In this document: positions 23,154-24,000 of the stretch, one piece after another
Position numbering within the stretch: position 1 is the stretch's first letter
How the letters are laid out: each line of letters opens with the position of its first letter
Source: Imbroritus primus
GTDB taxonomy: Bacteria; Pseudomonadota; Gammaproteobacteria; Burkholderiales; Burkholderiaceae
Length of the DNA stretch: 24,000 nt
Reading direction: 5' to 3'
NCBI RefSeq assembly: GCF_964332355.1
Contig: NZ_OZ201293.1
Location: 1,947,620-1,971,619 of the forward strand
Made by a program: the position numbers and the translations under genes
Notes under the pieces: model-generated
Database searches by the model: none
The model's input: only the letters and a program-made list of their open reading frames with translations
Told to the model about the DNA's origin: nothing

Positions 23154-24000
23154 AGGCTCGCCGCAGTCCCGGACAGGCGCCATCCGCCAGCGCGCCTGCC
23201 GCAGCGCTGAGCGGCCGCATCATCGCGGCACACGGGCGTCACTATCTGGTGCAACTGCCCGATGGCACGCTGCAGAACTGCTTTCCGCGCGGGAAGAAGA
23301 GTGAATGCGCGGTGGGCGACGTGGTGCGCATCGAGCGCGCCTCGGCCGACCAGGGCGTGGTGACCGGCGTCGAACCGCGGCACAACCTGCTCTACCGCTC
23401 CGACCAGTTCAAGTCGAAACTGCTGGCTGCCAATATCGATCAGGTGCTGATCGTGCTGGCCACCGAGCCGGGGTTTTCCGAAGACCTGCTGGGACGCGCG
23501 CTCGTGGCGGCGGAAGCGCTGGGAATCGACCCGCTGATCGTCCTGAACAAGACCGACCTCGCCGAGCGTCTGCCACAGGCACGCGAGCGCCTGCAGCTCT
23601 ACCGCGATCTCGGCTACACGGTGCTGGAAGTCTCCGCCAGCGCGCAGGAGGAGGCCACGCTGGCGCAACTGCGCCCGCACCTCGCGGGGCGTGCCTCGAT
23701 CCTCATCGGGCAATCCGGCATGGGCAAGTCGACGTTGCTCAACCTGCTGATTCCCGGGGTGGCGGCACGCACACGCGAGATTTCCGACAAGCTCGATTCG
23801 GGCAAGCACACCACCACTTTCACGCGGCTCTACCATCTGCCCGACAGCTGGGGCGATGGCGGCATGCTGATCGATTCGCCGGGTTTCCAGGAATTCGGTT
23901 TGTACCATCTGAGCGAAGGCATGCTGGAGCGCGCCTTTCCGGAGTTCCGCCCGCGCCTGGCCGAATGCCGCTTCTACAATTGCCGGCATTTGAAGGAGCC
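23150..24000 (+). CDS. rsgA: ribosome small-subunit-dependent GTPase RsgA (YjeQ), truncated at the right edge
   Basis: I translated this frame by hand, since it is open-ended and absent from the ORF track. The GTPase motifs are in circularly permuted order, with G4 LNKTDL before G1 [14 protein letters not shown] is present, and the start of the Cys-rich zinc motif (CRFYNCRH) is visible. Confidence 0.9.
   Translation, partial: MKARRSPGQAPSASAPAAALSGRIIAAHGRHYLVQLPDGTLQNCFPRGKKSECAVGDVVRIERASADQGVVTGVEPRHNLLYRSDQFKSKLLAANIDQVLIVLATEPGFSEDLLGRALVAAEALGIDPLIVLNKTDLAERLPQARERLQLYRDLGYTVLEVSASAQEEATLAQLRPHLAGRASILIGQSGMGKSTLLNLLIPGVAARTREISDKLDSGKHTTTFTRLYHLPDSWGDGGMLIDSPGFQEFGLYHLSEGMLERAFPEFRPRLAECRFYNCRHLKE

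Noticed and set aside
23096-23989. 297-aa minus-strand ORF opposite rsgA
   Set aside because: The plus-strand frame from 23150 encodes an unmistakable circularly permuted RsgA GTPase, so the minus-strand ORF is its shadow.
1-24000. Search for CRISPR arrays, rRNA/tRNA genes, IS elements, integrases and toxin-antitoxin or defence-type genes
   Set aside because: I saw no regularly spaced direct repeats, no RNA-gene signatures in the few intergenic regions, and no transposase, recombinase or nuclease-like ORFs. The only tandem-like repeats are the coding repeats in the fapB/fapC-like genes and the helicase tail.

Overview
This is a visibly GC-rich chromosomal segment with Burkholderiales-like (betaproteobacterial) gene content, which I infer from gene content and synteny only. 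Most of the window is housekeeping. It holds an Fe(III)-type ABC permease and a divergent ABC ATPase, and an RhlE-like DEAD-box helicase with a long RG-rich tail. An egtD / egtB-like pair follows. After it come a yybP-ykoY (Mn2+) riboswitch upstream of a TerC/YjbE membrane protein, thyA-folA, pmbA, yjgA, mogA, an AEC transporter, orn, an M48 metalloprotease and the 5' part of rsgA. The accessory part lies at about 10.9-17.3 kb, between folA and pmbA. It is a six-gene operon whose products match the fapABCDEF functional-amyloid secretion system known from Pseudomonas. Two secreted proteins carry three imperfect N/G/A/Q-rich repeats of the form GNIGVNVxAGAGNxQxN. The operon also encodes a signal-peptide-bearing stand-alone C39 peptidase with an intact Cys/His/Asp triad. 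Its last gene encodes an outer-membrane barrel with an N-terminal coiled coil. The operon is preceded by a near-consensus sigma54 -24/-12 promoter, and a perfect 16-bp-arm palindrome sits about 100 bp upstream of that. A convergent sigma54 enhancer-binding protein with an atypical receiver domain follows the operon. I found no tRNA, rRNA, CRISPR array, transposase or integrase. Many long ORFs in the six-frame track are antisense shadow ORFs typical of GC-rich DNA. All homology statements come from by-eye motif recognition, not database searches.
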